From positions 41,120-105,119 of the IMG/VR virus record IMGVR_UViG_3300048854_000126: a stretch of DNA of 64,000 bases; one strand, 5' to 3'. Every line of letters begins with the position of its first letter. Position 1 is the stretch's first letter. The position numbers and the translations under genes are program-made. This DNA is from a virus. Under the pieces are notes generated by a model that made no database searches, was not told the DNA's origin, and worked only from the letters and a program-made list of their open reading frames with translations. Shown here piece by piece: positions 42,992 to 52,400 of this stretch.

Positions 42992-43891
42992 ATGCACAAG
43001 ATCCTGATGAAGATGATGGCCTGCGGTGGTTACATGGCGCCCGAAGGTGAACACGTCGAGGGCGGCGGTGGCAATGGCGGCGGCGCAGGCACCGGCGGTA
43101 GCGGTGCTGGTGGCGAAGGCGGTGGCGGTGCCGGTGGTGACGGCAAGGGCAACCCCGGCGGCGAAGGTGGTCAGGGTGGTCAGGGCGACCCGAGCAAGAA
43201 GCCGTCTGACGCCGAAGCTGCGCTGCTGCGCGAGGTCATGGACAAAAAGGACAAGCTCAAGACCGCGAACGATCAGTTGACGCAAGCGAATGCGCGCCTG
43301 AAGGAGTTCGATGGTCTGGACCCGAAAGAACTGCGTGCGCTGGTGCAGGCCAAGAAGGATGCCGAAACCGCGCAACTCGAAGCGAAGGGCCAATGGGACT
43401 CGTTGAAAGCCCAGATGGTCGAGCAACACGGACGCGAACTGCAGGTTGAACGTGATGGCCGCACGGCCGCCGAGCAGCACGCAGTGGAGCTCGCTTCGCA
43501 GATCGCAGAACTGACGGTGGGCAACGCCTTTGGGCAGTCCAAATTCATCGCTGACGAACTGACGCTCTCCGTTGCTAAGGCTCGTCGCGTCTATGGCGCG
43601 CACTTTGAATTCGTTGATGGCGCCGTCGTTGCATACGACAAGCCGGCCGGCTCGAAAGACCGGAACGTGCTGGTCGATAGCAAGGGCGAACCGCTCGCGT
43701 TCGAAGCCGCGTTGGCCAAGCTCGTCGATGCCGACCCGGACAAGGACACGCTGCTGAAATCGAAGCTCAAAACCGGTGCGGGATCGCACACCAACACGTC
43801 TGTAGCACCTGGCCGTCAGCCGGGCGCAAGCGTGCCGGTAACCGGTCGGGCAAAGATAGCGGCAGGACTGGCGAAAGCCGGGTTGAAGTAA
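42992..43891 (+). CDS. Head scaffolding protein
   Basis: Gly-rich N-terminus, coiled coil, GAGS tail; precedes capsid gene. Confidence 0.8.
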   Translation: MHKILMKMMACGGYMAPEGEHVEGGGGNGGGAGTGGSGAGGEGGGGAGGDGKGNPGGEGGQGGQGDPSKKPSDAEAALLREVMDKKDKLKTANDQLTQANARLKEFDGLDPKELRALVQAKKDAETAQLEAKGQWDSLKAQMVEQHGRELQVERDGRTAAEQHAVELASQIAELTVGNAFGQSKFIADELTLSVAKARRVYGAHFEFVDGAVVAYDKPAGSKDRNVLVDSKGEPLAFEAALAKLVDADPDKDTLLKSKLKTGAGSHTNTSVAPGRQPGASVPVTGRAKIAAGLAKAGLK

Positions 43892-43932
43892 GCCGCTTTT
43901 ATTGTTGTAAACCCGTGGACTTCCTGATAAAG

Positions 43933-43950
43933 TAAGTCACGGGTTACTAT
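43933..43950. promoter_or_regulatory. Operator copy upstream of capsid gene
   Basis: TAAGTCA-cggg-TTACTAT; TTGTAA-N17-TAAAGT upstream. Confidence 0.8.
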
Positions 43951-43979
43951 ATCCCGATTCTTTTCGAAAAGGAAACGCT

Positions 43980-44882
43980 ATGCCATTGCTGCAAGTCGAA
44001 GCCGACAAGCTGAGTAACAACCAGCTGGTCGCCGGTGTGATCGAGGAAATCATCGAGAAGGATGAGCTCTTCGCGCTGTTGCCGTTTATCGGTATCAACG
44101 GCAAAGCCTACGTGTATGACCGCGAAAACACGCTGGGTGATGCCGACTTCCTGTCGCCGAACGATGAAGTGAACGAATCGGCTGCCACGTTCACGGAAGT
44201 CGTGTCGAAGCTGCGCATCCTCGCGGGTGACGTGGACGTCGACAAGTTCCTGCAAGAAACCGAGTCGGACACGAACGACCAGCGCGCAACGCAGATCGGT
44301 CTGAAGGCAAAGGCCGTGGCGCGCAAGTTCAAGAAGACCATCGCACAGGGCAACGCCACTGTGAACACGAAGGAATTCGACGGCTTGCCGCAGCTGGTGT
44401 CGGTCGCGCAAACGCTGGACGCTGATGAAAACGGTGCTGCACTGACGCTGAACATGCTCGACGAGCTGTCGGACGCTGTGATCAACGGCGCCGACGCGTT
44501 CGTGATGCGTGCAGGCACCATCCGCGCATATCGCTCGCTGTTGTATGCAACCGGCGGTATCCAGCCGGCGATGGTCGAGATTCCGAACTTCGGCCAGGCT
44601 GTTCTCGGCCACAACGGCATTCCGATCCTGCGCAACGACTGGCTGAGCGCGGACGAGAAGATGGGCACGGCAGACGCAACGTGCTCGATCTACGCGGTGC
44701 GCCTGAACGAGCTCGACGGCTTTCACGGCCTGTGGGGCGGCAAGGAAGCAGGTATCCGCGTGGAAGACATCGGCACGGTGCAGAACAAGGACGCAGACCG
44801 TATCCGCGTGAAGTGGTATTGCGGTTCGGCACTGAAGTCCACGCGGTCGCTGGCTCGTCTGCGGGGCATCAAAAACGTCTAA
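43980..44882 (+). CDS. Major capsid protein (HK97 fold)
   Basis: 300 aa; ILAGDVDVDKF, EFDGL, NGIPI, RVKWY..ARL patterns; followed by terminator. Confidence 0.9.
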   Translation: MPLLQVEADKLSNNQLVAGVIEEIIEKDELFALLPFIGINGKAYVYDRENTLGDADFLSPNDEVNESAATFTEVVSKLRILAGDVDVDKFLQETESDTNDQRATQIGLKAKAVARKFKKTIAQGNATVNTKEFDGLPQLVSVAQTLDADENGAALTLNMLDELSDAVINGADAFVMRAGTIRAYRSLLYATGGIQPAMVEIPNFGQAVLGHNGIPILRNDWLSADEKMGTADATCSIYAVRLNELDGFHGLWGGKEAGIRVEDIGTVQNKDADRIRVKWYCGSALKSTRSLARLRGIKNV

Positions 44883-44891
44883 GCCTTTGAA

Positions 44892-44909
44892 ATAGTAACC
44901 TGTTACTAT
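44892..44909. promoter_or_regulatory. Operator copy (perfect palindrome)
   Basis: GAAATAGTAA-cctg-TTACTATTTC. Confidence 0.85.
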
Positions 44910-44926
44910 TTCGGCCTAGCATCGAA

Positions 44927-44955
44927 GGGCACGGGCTAACCCCCGTGCCCTTTTT
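44927..44955 (+). terminator. Intrinsic terminator after capsid gene
   Basis: GGGCACGGG-loop-CCCGTGCCC-TTTTT. Confidence 0.8.
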
Positions 44956-44971
44956 ACATAGCAGAGGACAT

Positions 44972-45415
44972 ATGAAAGTTCGTTTGATTCAGGCAGCTTG
45001 GGAAACCTTCACGGGCAACTTTGGTGGCATTCCGTTCGAGAATGGCGTGTCGGTGAATACCGTCACGAAGCAGGAAGCCTCGCGAGTGGCAAACATCGTC
45101 AAATGCGAGCTGCTCGATGGCAGCAATCCGAGCTCGTCTCAGGCCGCTATCGACAGCAAGTGCACGCCGATGACGATCGAGCGTGGCCCCGCGCCGCCGC
45201 CGAAGCCGGTGACCTACACCCGCGACATGCTGGAGCAGATCGCGGGCGAGAAGGGCATCAAGGGCTTGCGCGCAGTCGGCGACGGGCTAGGGGTGAAGGC
45301 GTCCGGGATCGCGGATCTGATCACCGCGATCCTGAAGGCGCAGGCACCGGCGCCGGCCGAAACTGAGCCGGTCAAGTCGGAAGCGCCGGCTGAAACCGCG
45401 GCGGCTGCGGAGTAA
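44972..45415 (+). CDS. Virion-associated hypothetical protein
   Basis: GAGGA RBS; position after capsid gene. Confidence 0.75.
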   Translation: MKVRLIQAAWETFTGNFGGIPFENGVSVNTVTKQEASRVANIVKCELLDGSNPSSSQAAIDSKCTPMTIERGPAPPPKPVTYTRDMLEQIAGEKGIKGLRAVGDGLGVKASGIADLITAILKAQAPAPAETEPVKSEAPAETAAAAE

Positions 45416-45418
45416 GCG

Positions 45419-46213
45419 ATGAATACGTATCCCGCTGCCTACGACGTAAATGTGTCGTTCTCGCTCGCCGATGTCGTCGGGTTGCCGAAGGTCGTGAACG
45501 CCCACTATGAGGTGCTCGACGAGGACGGCACGGCTGTCGTCGCCGATACGAGGCTCCCTCTGGTGAGTGGAGAGGAAAGCGAGATCGTCATCAAGGTGCC
45601 CGCTGCGGGGAACATGCTCGCAGCGGGCGTTCGCCGCGCCTATCGCCGTGTTGTCCTGAACCTTGAAACCAGCTCCGGATGGGTGGCACTCGAGCAGGAA
45701 TATCTGATTCAGGTGAGCCAGGCGACGCTCCTCATTCCCGGGACCAACTCGTTCCAGACGATTCTGAAGGCGGAGCTCGTGGCGCTCGATATCCCGAACC
45801 TGCCGGGCTGGCGGGACGCCCCGCGTGAAGAGCGCATCGCCGCGATGATTCAGGCCCGCGAGAACATCGGGAAGATGAGCTATCGCTACAACTTCTGGGC
45901 CGACAACTGGCAAAAATACGTCATCCCAGAGTTCGGCGTCTATTCGATCACGCTGCTATCGCAGGACGAGTATATGCAGCTTCCGCCAGCGTTTCGCACC
46001 GCTTGCGAGCGCGCACAGGTGATCGAGGCGGACGACCTCCTGGCAGGTGATCTGGCGACCGAAAAGCGGCGCGCTGGGATCACTTCGGAGACGGTGGGCG
46101 ACGCCACGACGATGTTCACGCAGGTGCGCCCGGTGCGGCAGCTGCTGTGCGATCGGGCCATGCGTGAGCTCAGCCGTTTTGTTGTGAAACACACCCGACT
46201 CACACGCGTATGA
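45419..46213 (+). CDS. Head-tail adaptor-like protein
   Basis: Position; GITSETVG motif near C-terminus. Confidence 0.65.
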   Translation: MNTYPAAYDVNVSFSLADVVGLPKVVNAHYEVLDEDGTAVVADTRLPLVSGEESEIVIKVPAAGNMLAAGVRRAYRRVVLNLETSSGWVALEQEYLIQVSQATLLIPGTNSFQTILKAELVALDIPNLPGWRDAPREERIAAMIQARENIGKMSYRYNFWADNWQKYVIPEFGVYSITLLSQDEYMQLPPAFRTACERAQVIEADDLLAGDLATEKRRAGITSETVGDATTMFTQVRPVRQLLCDRAMRELSRFVVKHTRLTRV

Positions 46214-46974
46214 AAAATCACATGATCGGCACCGCCGGGCTGGCGGTCGAGCAACACTACCGGGGTTTTCACCTGGCGCTCGTGGGCGTCACTCACGAAG
46301 CGATGCAGGCTCACGCGCCCACGATCCCGCGCGTGCGCGCGATTCACCAGTCCGACGCCTATCTGCTGCAGAGCAACGCCCTCTCGGCCATCGCGAATGT
46401 GTTCGACATCGCGCTGTCGGACGTGATCGAGCACGCGGTTCATAGCGCGCACCCGGGCGCCGACGACGCGCTGCGCGCCCAGATTGCTGATGAGATCGCT
46501 GGCAACCGCTCAGCGGCCCTCGCAACGCTCAGCATGGCGATGCAGAAGGATTGCATGGTCGCGGTGAAGCGCCTGCGTGACTTCAACCTACGCGTGGATC
46601 TGAGCGTTCAGGGCGGCTCCCGCAGCTACCAGTCAGCCGTGATCTCTGCGCGGATCGCCGAGCAGGCCAAGCCGGTGCGCTTTATCCAGACCGACACGCT
46701 CGGCCGGCAGTGGAAGCCGTCTACATTCGCGAGCACGACCGTGAAGGGCGTTTTGCAGGGTGCGTATGCCGACGCCTTCGTGCGTGCCGCGGCCGCGCAG
46801 GGCGTCAGCACGCTCACGGTCCAATACGACGATCCTGAGCATGACGGCCACGGGCAGCGCATCTCGCTTACCGACGACACCTACCCGGCCTATCTGTCCC
46901 TGCGCGATAGCGTGTTCCATCCGAATTCGAGCGCGACGCTCGCGCTACTGGAGTCGAGCGATGTTCAGCCCTAA
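46210..46974 (+). CDS. Minor head / morphogenesis protein (putative)
   Basis: F..D..GR.W and C-terminal FHPN patterns. Confidence 0.55.
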   Translation: MKNHMIGTAGLAVEQHYRGFHLALVGVTHEAMQAHAPTIPRVRAIHQSDAYLLQSNALSAIANVFDIALSDVIEHAVHSAHPGADDALRAQIADEIAGNRSAALATLSMAMQKDCMVAVKRLRDFNLRVDLSVQGGSRSYQSAVISARIAEQAKPVRFIQTDTLGRQWKPSTFASTTVKGVLQGAYADAFVRAAAAQGVSTLTVQYDDPEHDGHGQRISLTDDTYPAYLSLRDSVFHPNSSATLALLESSDVQP

Positions 46975-47302
46975 CAACCGATGCACGATCGCGCCCATCA
47001 CCGGACACAACATCTACGGCGAGAGCATTGAAGGCAAGCCTTTGCCTGAGCGATGCTCAGTGATCGAGCTCAAGATGGCCGCGGTCGTGACCAACTCCCG
47101 TGCGCTGGAATCCGGTTCGCAGACTCATGCGGAGGATCTGACCATCACGGGCAAGATCATGCTGTCTCCGAAGACCGCGGCCACGCTCGGCGCGCGGCTG
47201 ACCGTGGCTGGGCAGGTGCTTCGGGTCGTTGCACTGACGCCACAGTATTCGACCTCCGGCGCACTCGACCATTACGTCGCGGGGTGCACGCCGTGGGCCT
47301 AG
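46961..47302 (+). CDS. Head closure-like protein
   Basis: GGAG RBS; size and position. Confidence 0.6.
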   Translation: MFSPNNRCTIAPITGHNIYGESIEGKPLPERCSVIELKMAAVVTNSRALESGSQTHAEDLTITGKIMLSPKTAATLGARLTVAGQVLRVVALTPQYSTSGALDHYVAGCTPWA

Positions 47303-47751
47303 TCAAAACGAACTTCAACCCGGAACTGCTGGCCGTGAAGCTTAACCGGCTGGGCAGTGAAGCGAGCCGCAAGATCCTGGCCGCCATGCGGGAAGAGGGC
47401 GACAACATCGCCGCCGAAGCGCGTGCGAACGCGCCTCACAAGGACGGCGACCTCGAGGACGCGATCCAGGTGGTCGAAGATCGCGGCGGCGCCAACGGAC
47501 GGGTGCAGGTCACGGTCCAGGTCGATCCGAGCGCCGCGGGCACTGACGGCCGGCCGGTCATTCAATACGCCCGGATCATGCACGAGGCGCTCGCGCCCTA
47601 CGGCACCGGCGCCTATCAGCTCGACGCGGGCTCGCTTGCCAAGGACGCAGGCTCGGGCAGGGTCGGCGGGAAGTTCATGGAGCGCGCGATGCGTTCCCGA
47701 ATCGGCCCGCTGGGTAAGAAGGTGAAGAAAATCGTTAAGGACGCTGAGTAA
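47293..47751 (+). CDS. Neck protein (HK97 gp10-like)
   Basis: AP..DGDL..I, YA..MHE, GGKFMERA motifs. Confidence 0.75.
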   Translation: MGLVKTNFNPELLAVKLNRLGSEASRKILAAMREEGDNIAAEARANAPHKDGDLEDAIQVVEDRGGANGRVQVTVQVDPSAAGTDGRPVIQYARIMHEALAPYGTGAYQLDAGSLAKDAGSGRVGGKFMERAMRSRIGPLGKKVKKIVKDAE

Positions 47752-48140
47752 TGGACCTCGAACCGATTGCCGCGCTGCTCGAGCAGACGCAGTGCGGCGT
47801 GCAAGCCAAGACCATCTTCATCAACGAAATGAAGGTGGGAGACGCCGGGATTTTGCTCAAGGCGAGCTATAAGGGCGCGGCTATCAACCCGGAATTGCCG
47901 GGCTTCTTCAAGGGCGAGTTCGCCCTCGTAGCGCGCGGCGCGACCTACGCCGCAACACGGGCGCTGATTAAGAAGGCGATGTCGGCGCTGACCATCGAGC
48001 AGGAAACGCAGGTAGGCGAGTGGCTAGTGAAGTATTGCCGGCCCCGCACGCTGCCGATTAGCTACCCGATTCCGGCGAGCGGCCTGGTGGAGTTCGTGAC
48101 GAACATTGACTGTTGTTTCGTCGTGCCTTATGATAAGTAA
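47751..48140 (+). CDS. Tail terminator-like protein
   Basis: Position before tail tube gene; 129 aa. Confidence 0.6.
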   Translation: MDLEPIAALLEQTQCGVQAKTIFINEMKVGDAGILLKASYKGAAINPELPGFFKGEFALVARGATYAATRALIKKAMSALTIEQETQVGEWLVKYCRPRTLPISYPIPASGLVEFVTNIDCCFVVPYDK

Positions 48141-48151
48141 GCGGTGACTAT
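48134..48151. promoter_or_regulatory. Operator copy
   Basis: TAAGTAA-gcgg-TGACTAT. Confidence 0.8.
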
Positions 48152-48184
48152 TCATCGACAGACCTCTTTGCAAAGGAGTTACAG

Positions 48185-48706
48185 GTGGCGAGTGATACAA
48201 AAAACGTAAAGCTTGGCGTTTGCCAGGCGTTTTACAAGAACGAGGACCTGGGCTACACCCAGGGAGGCGTTCAGGTGACCGTGACCACGGAAACCCACAA
48301 GGTGAACGTTGACCAGTTCGGCAAGACCACGGTCAACGAGATCATCATGAGCCGCGACGTGTCGGTGAAGCTGCCGTTGGCAGAAACGACGCTGGAAAAC
48401 CTCGTCACGACCATGCCGGGCGCGACGCTCTCGGGCACGGGCACGGACCAGGTGGCGATTGTGACCACGGGCGTCGGCATTGACTTGCTGTCGCAGGCGG
48501 GCGAGTTGCGTCTGCACCCGATCAACAAGCCGGCGAACGATTTCTCGGAAGACTTCGTGATCCCCTTGGCAGCGACCTCGGGCGGCCTGACGTTCTCGTA
48601 TGACGTTGAGAAGGAACGGATCTTCGACGTGACGTTTACGGGCTACCCCGACCCGGACACGAAGACGCTGTTTAAGCTCGGCGGCAAGCCGGTCACAGCA
48701 CCGTAA
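48185..48706 (+). CDS. Major tail (tube) protein
   Basis: AAGGAG RBS; DLGYT.GGV...VDQFG...PLAET...F.VTF.GY. Confidence 0.85.
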   Translation: MASDTKNVKLGVCQAFYKNEDLGYTQGGVQVTVTTETHKVNVDQFGKTTVNEIIMSRDVSVKLPLAETTLENLVTTMPGATLSGTGTDQVAIVTTGVGIDLLSQAGELRLHPINKPANDFSEDFVIPLAATSGGLTFSYDVEKERIFDVTFTGYPDPDTKTLFKLGGKPVTAP

Positions 48707-48722
48707 AGCGCGCCCGCTAGAA

Positions 48723-48740
48723 ATAGTAACAGGTGACTAT
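48723..48740. promoter_or_regulatory. Operator copy
   Basis: ATAGTAA-cagg-TGACTAT. Confidence 0.85.
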
Positions 48741-48784
48741 TAAAGGCCGGCTACCACGCCGGCCTGCCTACATCGGAAACGATC

Positions 48785-49135
48785 ATGACCAAGAACATCG
48801 GCAACATCAAAATCCTCAACCTCGACACGCTCCCGACGAAGGCGCCGAAGCGTTCTATCACCGTGGGCGGTGTCAATTACCCCGTGCGTGACATGAGCGT
48901 CGAGGACTTCATCGAGACGAACGCTGCGGCTGATCGGCTGAAAGACAGCGTGGACGTCGGCGTGCAGCTGGACGAAACCATCGCCTCGATCAAACGCTCG
49001 GCTGATATCCCCGACGAAGTGCTCAGCAAGCTGCCGCTGGAGAAGCTTGGCGTGCTGGCGGCATTCATTCGCGGCATGTTCGATCCGGACGCAGCCGACA
49101 TCGAAGAAGGCACGGGTGAAGAGCCAAAAAAGTAA
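48785..49135 (+). CDS. Tail assembly chaperone (gpG-like)
   Basis: Between tube and tape measure genes; ends at a slippery site. Confidence 0.8.
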   Translation: MTKNIGNIKILNLDTLPTKAPKRSITVGGVNYPVRDMSVEDFIETNAAADRLKDSVDVGVQLDETIASIKRSADIPDEVLSKLPLEKLGVLAAFIRGMFDPDAADIEEGTGEEPKK

Positions 49136-49461
49136 GGCGAGCGGGTGAGCCCGAGGAGCCGGAGCTCGACTTCGGCCTCGTCTTTACCCGCGTCATGCGG
49201 CACTACGACCTGAGCTACTGGGAAGTCATGGAACTTCCCATTCGTGCCTTCTGGACCCTCAACCGCAACATCAACCGGCTGCTGGCGGAAGAAGACCTCC
49301 GCACCCTGATGTTGCACGTATCCCGGCAAAGCGCTGAAGGCTGCCAGGCATACGAAGCAAAGCTCCGGGCTGAAGTATTCCCCGTAGATGAAGTCTTCGA
49401 TCCGCTCAATGAGAAGCGGGACGAAAAGGGATTCGCCGAGCTGAAGGCAATGACGCTGTAG
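49126..49461 (+). CDS. Tail assembly chaperone -1 frameshift extension (gpT-like)
   Basis: A AAA AAG at 49126-49132; the -1 frame is open from there to 49461. Confidence 0.8.
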   Translation, partial: KKVRRAGEPEEPELDFGLVFTRVMRHYDLSYWEVMELPIRAFWTLNRNINRLLAEEDLRTLMLHVSRQSAEGCQAYEAKLRAEVFPVDEVFDPLNEKRDEKGFAELKAMTL

Positions 49462-49497
49462 GCCGTGTAAACAGAACGCGTGACTATTAGGACGAAG

Positions 49498-52400
49498 ATG
49501 AGTAACAGTCTCGAAAACATTGGCTACAACCTGATTCTGGACGACAGTGGCTTTCGGGTCACCGCTCAGTCCACCGCCGCGCAGCTGAAGGCGTTGGAGG
49601 CGCAGTTCGCGTCAACCGGGCAGGGCGTCAAGGCGATCGAGGCGAAGATCAACTCGGCCGGCGTTACCTTCCACCAGTGGGTGACGTCGATCGGGGCGGT
49701 CAAGTTCGCGCTGATGGACCTGGACAGCGTGTTCCTCACGTTGCCCAAGGCGGTGCTCGAAACCGCTGGCGAGATCGAGAAGCTCCAGACCGTCCTGAAG
49801 GGATTGTCGACAGCCGCCACCGACGCCGGGCGTCAGGCCGACGCGGCGATCGGCAAGAACTTCATCCTGAACCTGGAGCAGAACGTTCCGTTCAAGCTTC
49901 AGGCGCTCACCGACACGTTCGTCAAGCTGAAGACCGTTGGCATCGACCCGCTCAAGGGGTCGATGGAGTCCATTCTGAATGAGGTTGCGAAATACGGCGG
50001 CGGCACCGAACAGCTCAAGAGCGCATCGCTCGCCATCCAGCAGATGGCCGGCAAGGGCGTCGTCTCGCTCCAGGAACTGCGCATGCAGCTCTCGCAGGCG
50101 GTGCCGGGCGCTGCGCAGGCGATGGCTGTCGGCATGGGCATGTCGATGGGCGAGCTCACCAAGGCGATCTCGAAGGGCACCGTCTCGTCTGAGATGGCAA
50201 TCCGCAAGATGCTCGCCGTGTTCGCGAACGATTCGCTGGGCGCGGCCAACGAGCAGATGAAGACGTGGCAGGGCTCGCTTGAAAAGCTGAACACGCGCTG
50301 GGACTTGTTCAAGATGGACGTCGCTGACGCCGGCATGTTCAAGGCGGCCAAGGACGAGCTCAACGACATCATGAACCTGTTCGGCACGCCGCAGGCGCAT
50401 CAGTGGGCGCGCGGCCTGAGCGACCAGTTCGTCTCGCTGATCGGCTTGTTCCACGACGGGCGTGAAGCGATCACCGAATACCTGCCGGAGCTCATTACGC
50501 TCGGCAAGGTGCTGCTCGCCGCGTTTAGCGTGACGATGCTCTCGAATTTCATCAGCGGCACGCGTAACGCCCTGACTGGCGTTGTTTCGTCGTATCGCGA
50601 CTACGCAGCGAATGCTATCGCCGCTGAGGGCGCGGTCGCCGCCAAGAAGATTTCGGTCACCGAGCAGATCCTCGCCGCTGATGCCAAGCGCCGCGAGTCG
50701 ATCGCGATGGAAAGCGAGCTTCGTCAGGAAGCGCTCGCCCGCGAGATCGCGAACAACCAGAAGCTCATTGTTGAGAACGACCGGCGCAACGCCGCGATCG
50801 ATGCTGCGCGCGCCGCTGAATACGCGAAGGAAATCGAGAACAACCAGCAGTTGCTGGCCGCAAAGCTCGCTCTGTTCGAAGAGTTGAGCGCGGCCGAGCG
50901 CACGTATAGCGCCACATTGCTGGCTGAGCAATACAAGCGCGCCCAGATGGGTATGGCGAACAACAGCGCGACGGCCGCTCAGTATGCCGCGCAGGCTCGC
51001 TATACCGAAGGGCTTGAGCGTGGCCTCGTGTCCATGCAGGCAGAGATCGCGCTGCTCGAAAAGGAATCGGTCGCGCTGATGGAGCGCACGAACCTGCTTC
51101 GGGCCGTGACCGCAGCTGAAGCCGAGGCAACGGCCGCGCAGAACACGCTTAACGCCGCCACCAGCGCCCAGAACGCGACGCTCGTGCAGAAGAACGCGGC
51201 GCTCGCCACGAGCATCAAGGCCGAGCGTGAAGCGGTCGCCAACATGAGCGCGATGACCACGGGCGCAGCGGTGCTCAAGACCGGCATCATGGGGCTGCAG
51301 TTCGCCTTCAATGCGCTTGGCGGCTGGATCGGGCTCGTCTCGGTCGCGGTCATCGGCGGCATCGCACTGTGGGACCGATATAAGGAGCACGCGCAGCAAG
51401 CCGCGCGCGCCGCCATCGTTGCCTCCACGGTTGATAAGGCGATCAAGCAGAACAGCGTCACCCAAGGCCAGATCGACGACGCCAAGTCCGGTATCAAGGA
51501 CAAGAACGCCCAAATCGACATCCTGAACACGCAGATCGGGATGCGCAAGGCGGGAAGCGACGAGCAGGGTAACTGGATCGGCCGCAAGGGCGATGACGAT
51601 CCGGAAATTAAGGCGATGCGCGAGAAGATCGCGGCGCTCAAGGTCGAGGTCAAGAACCTGGACAACGTGCGCGCGGCCGCGCAGGACTCGTTTGATAAGT
51701 CGCAGTCGAAGATCGAAAGCCACAAGTATGCGCAGGGGCTCGAGGACGCCGATAACCAGGCGCTCTCGAACATCTCGGCTACCCGCGCCAAACGCGTCGC
51801 TGACATTCAGTCGGACTTCAAGGATCGCATTGCCCAGGCAAAGGGCAACGCCAAGCAGGAAGAAGCCGTTCAGAAAGAACTGAGCGCCCGATTGCATCAG
51901 GTCGAGGTTGATACGACCAACGACCGCGTGAAGGTGCTCGAGCAGCGCCGCGACGCGATCAACGACCAGATCAAGAAGGGTTTCACCGGCAAAGACGCAG
52001 CAGCGCAGGCAGAAGCGGCCGCGCAAGCTCAGGAGCGTCTGAACCAGCAGATCGACAACGCGCGCAACCAGAACCAGGCCCTCGTCGCGCCGAATGACTT
52101 CCTGAGCCCGAAGGGTCCAGGCAAGGCCACCGCGCCGCCGACTGACCTGTTGGCGAAGGCACTCGCACGCACCAAGACTCAGCTCGATGACGCCAAGGGC
52201 GAACTGCGGGCGATCGTCACGGGTGCCACCGAGTATGCCCAGTTGCGCATGGACGCCGAAGCGAAGGTTCGCGACCTGTGGGAAAACGGCCAGCTCAACA
52301 CCCGCACCCACGGCAAGGGCGCGACCTCTGTGCGGCCCGACTTCAACGGCGCGGGCGTGCAGGGTCTGATCGACAACGAGACGCAACTCAAGATCGTTCA

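Noticed and set aside
43061-43190. GGC/GGT repeats in the scaffold gene
   Set aside because: They encode a Gly-rich linker; the repeat is at protein level.
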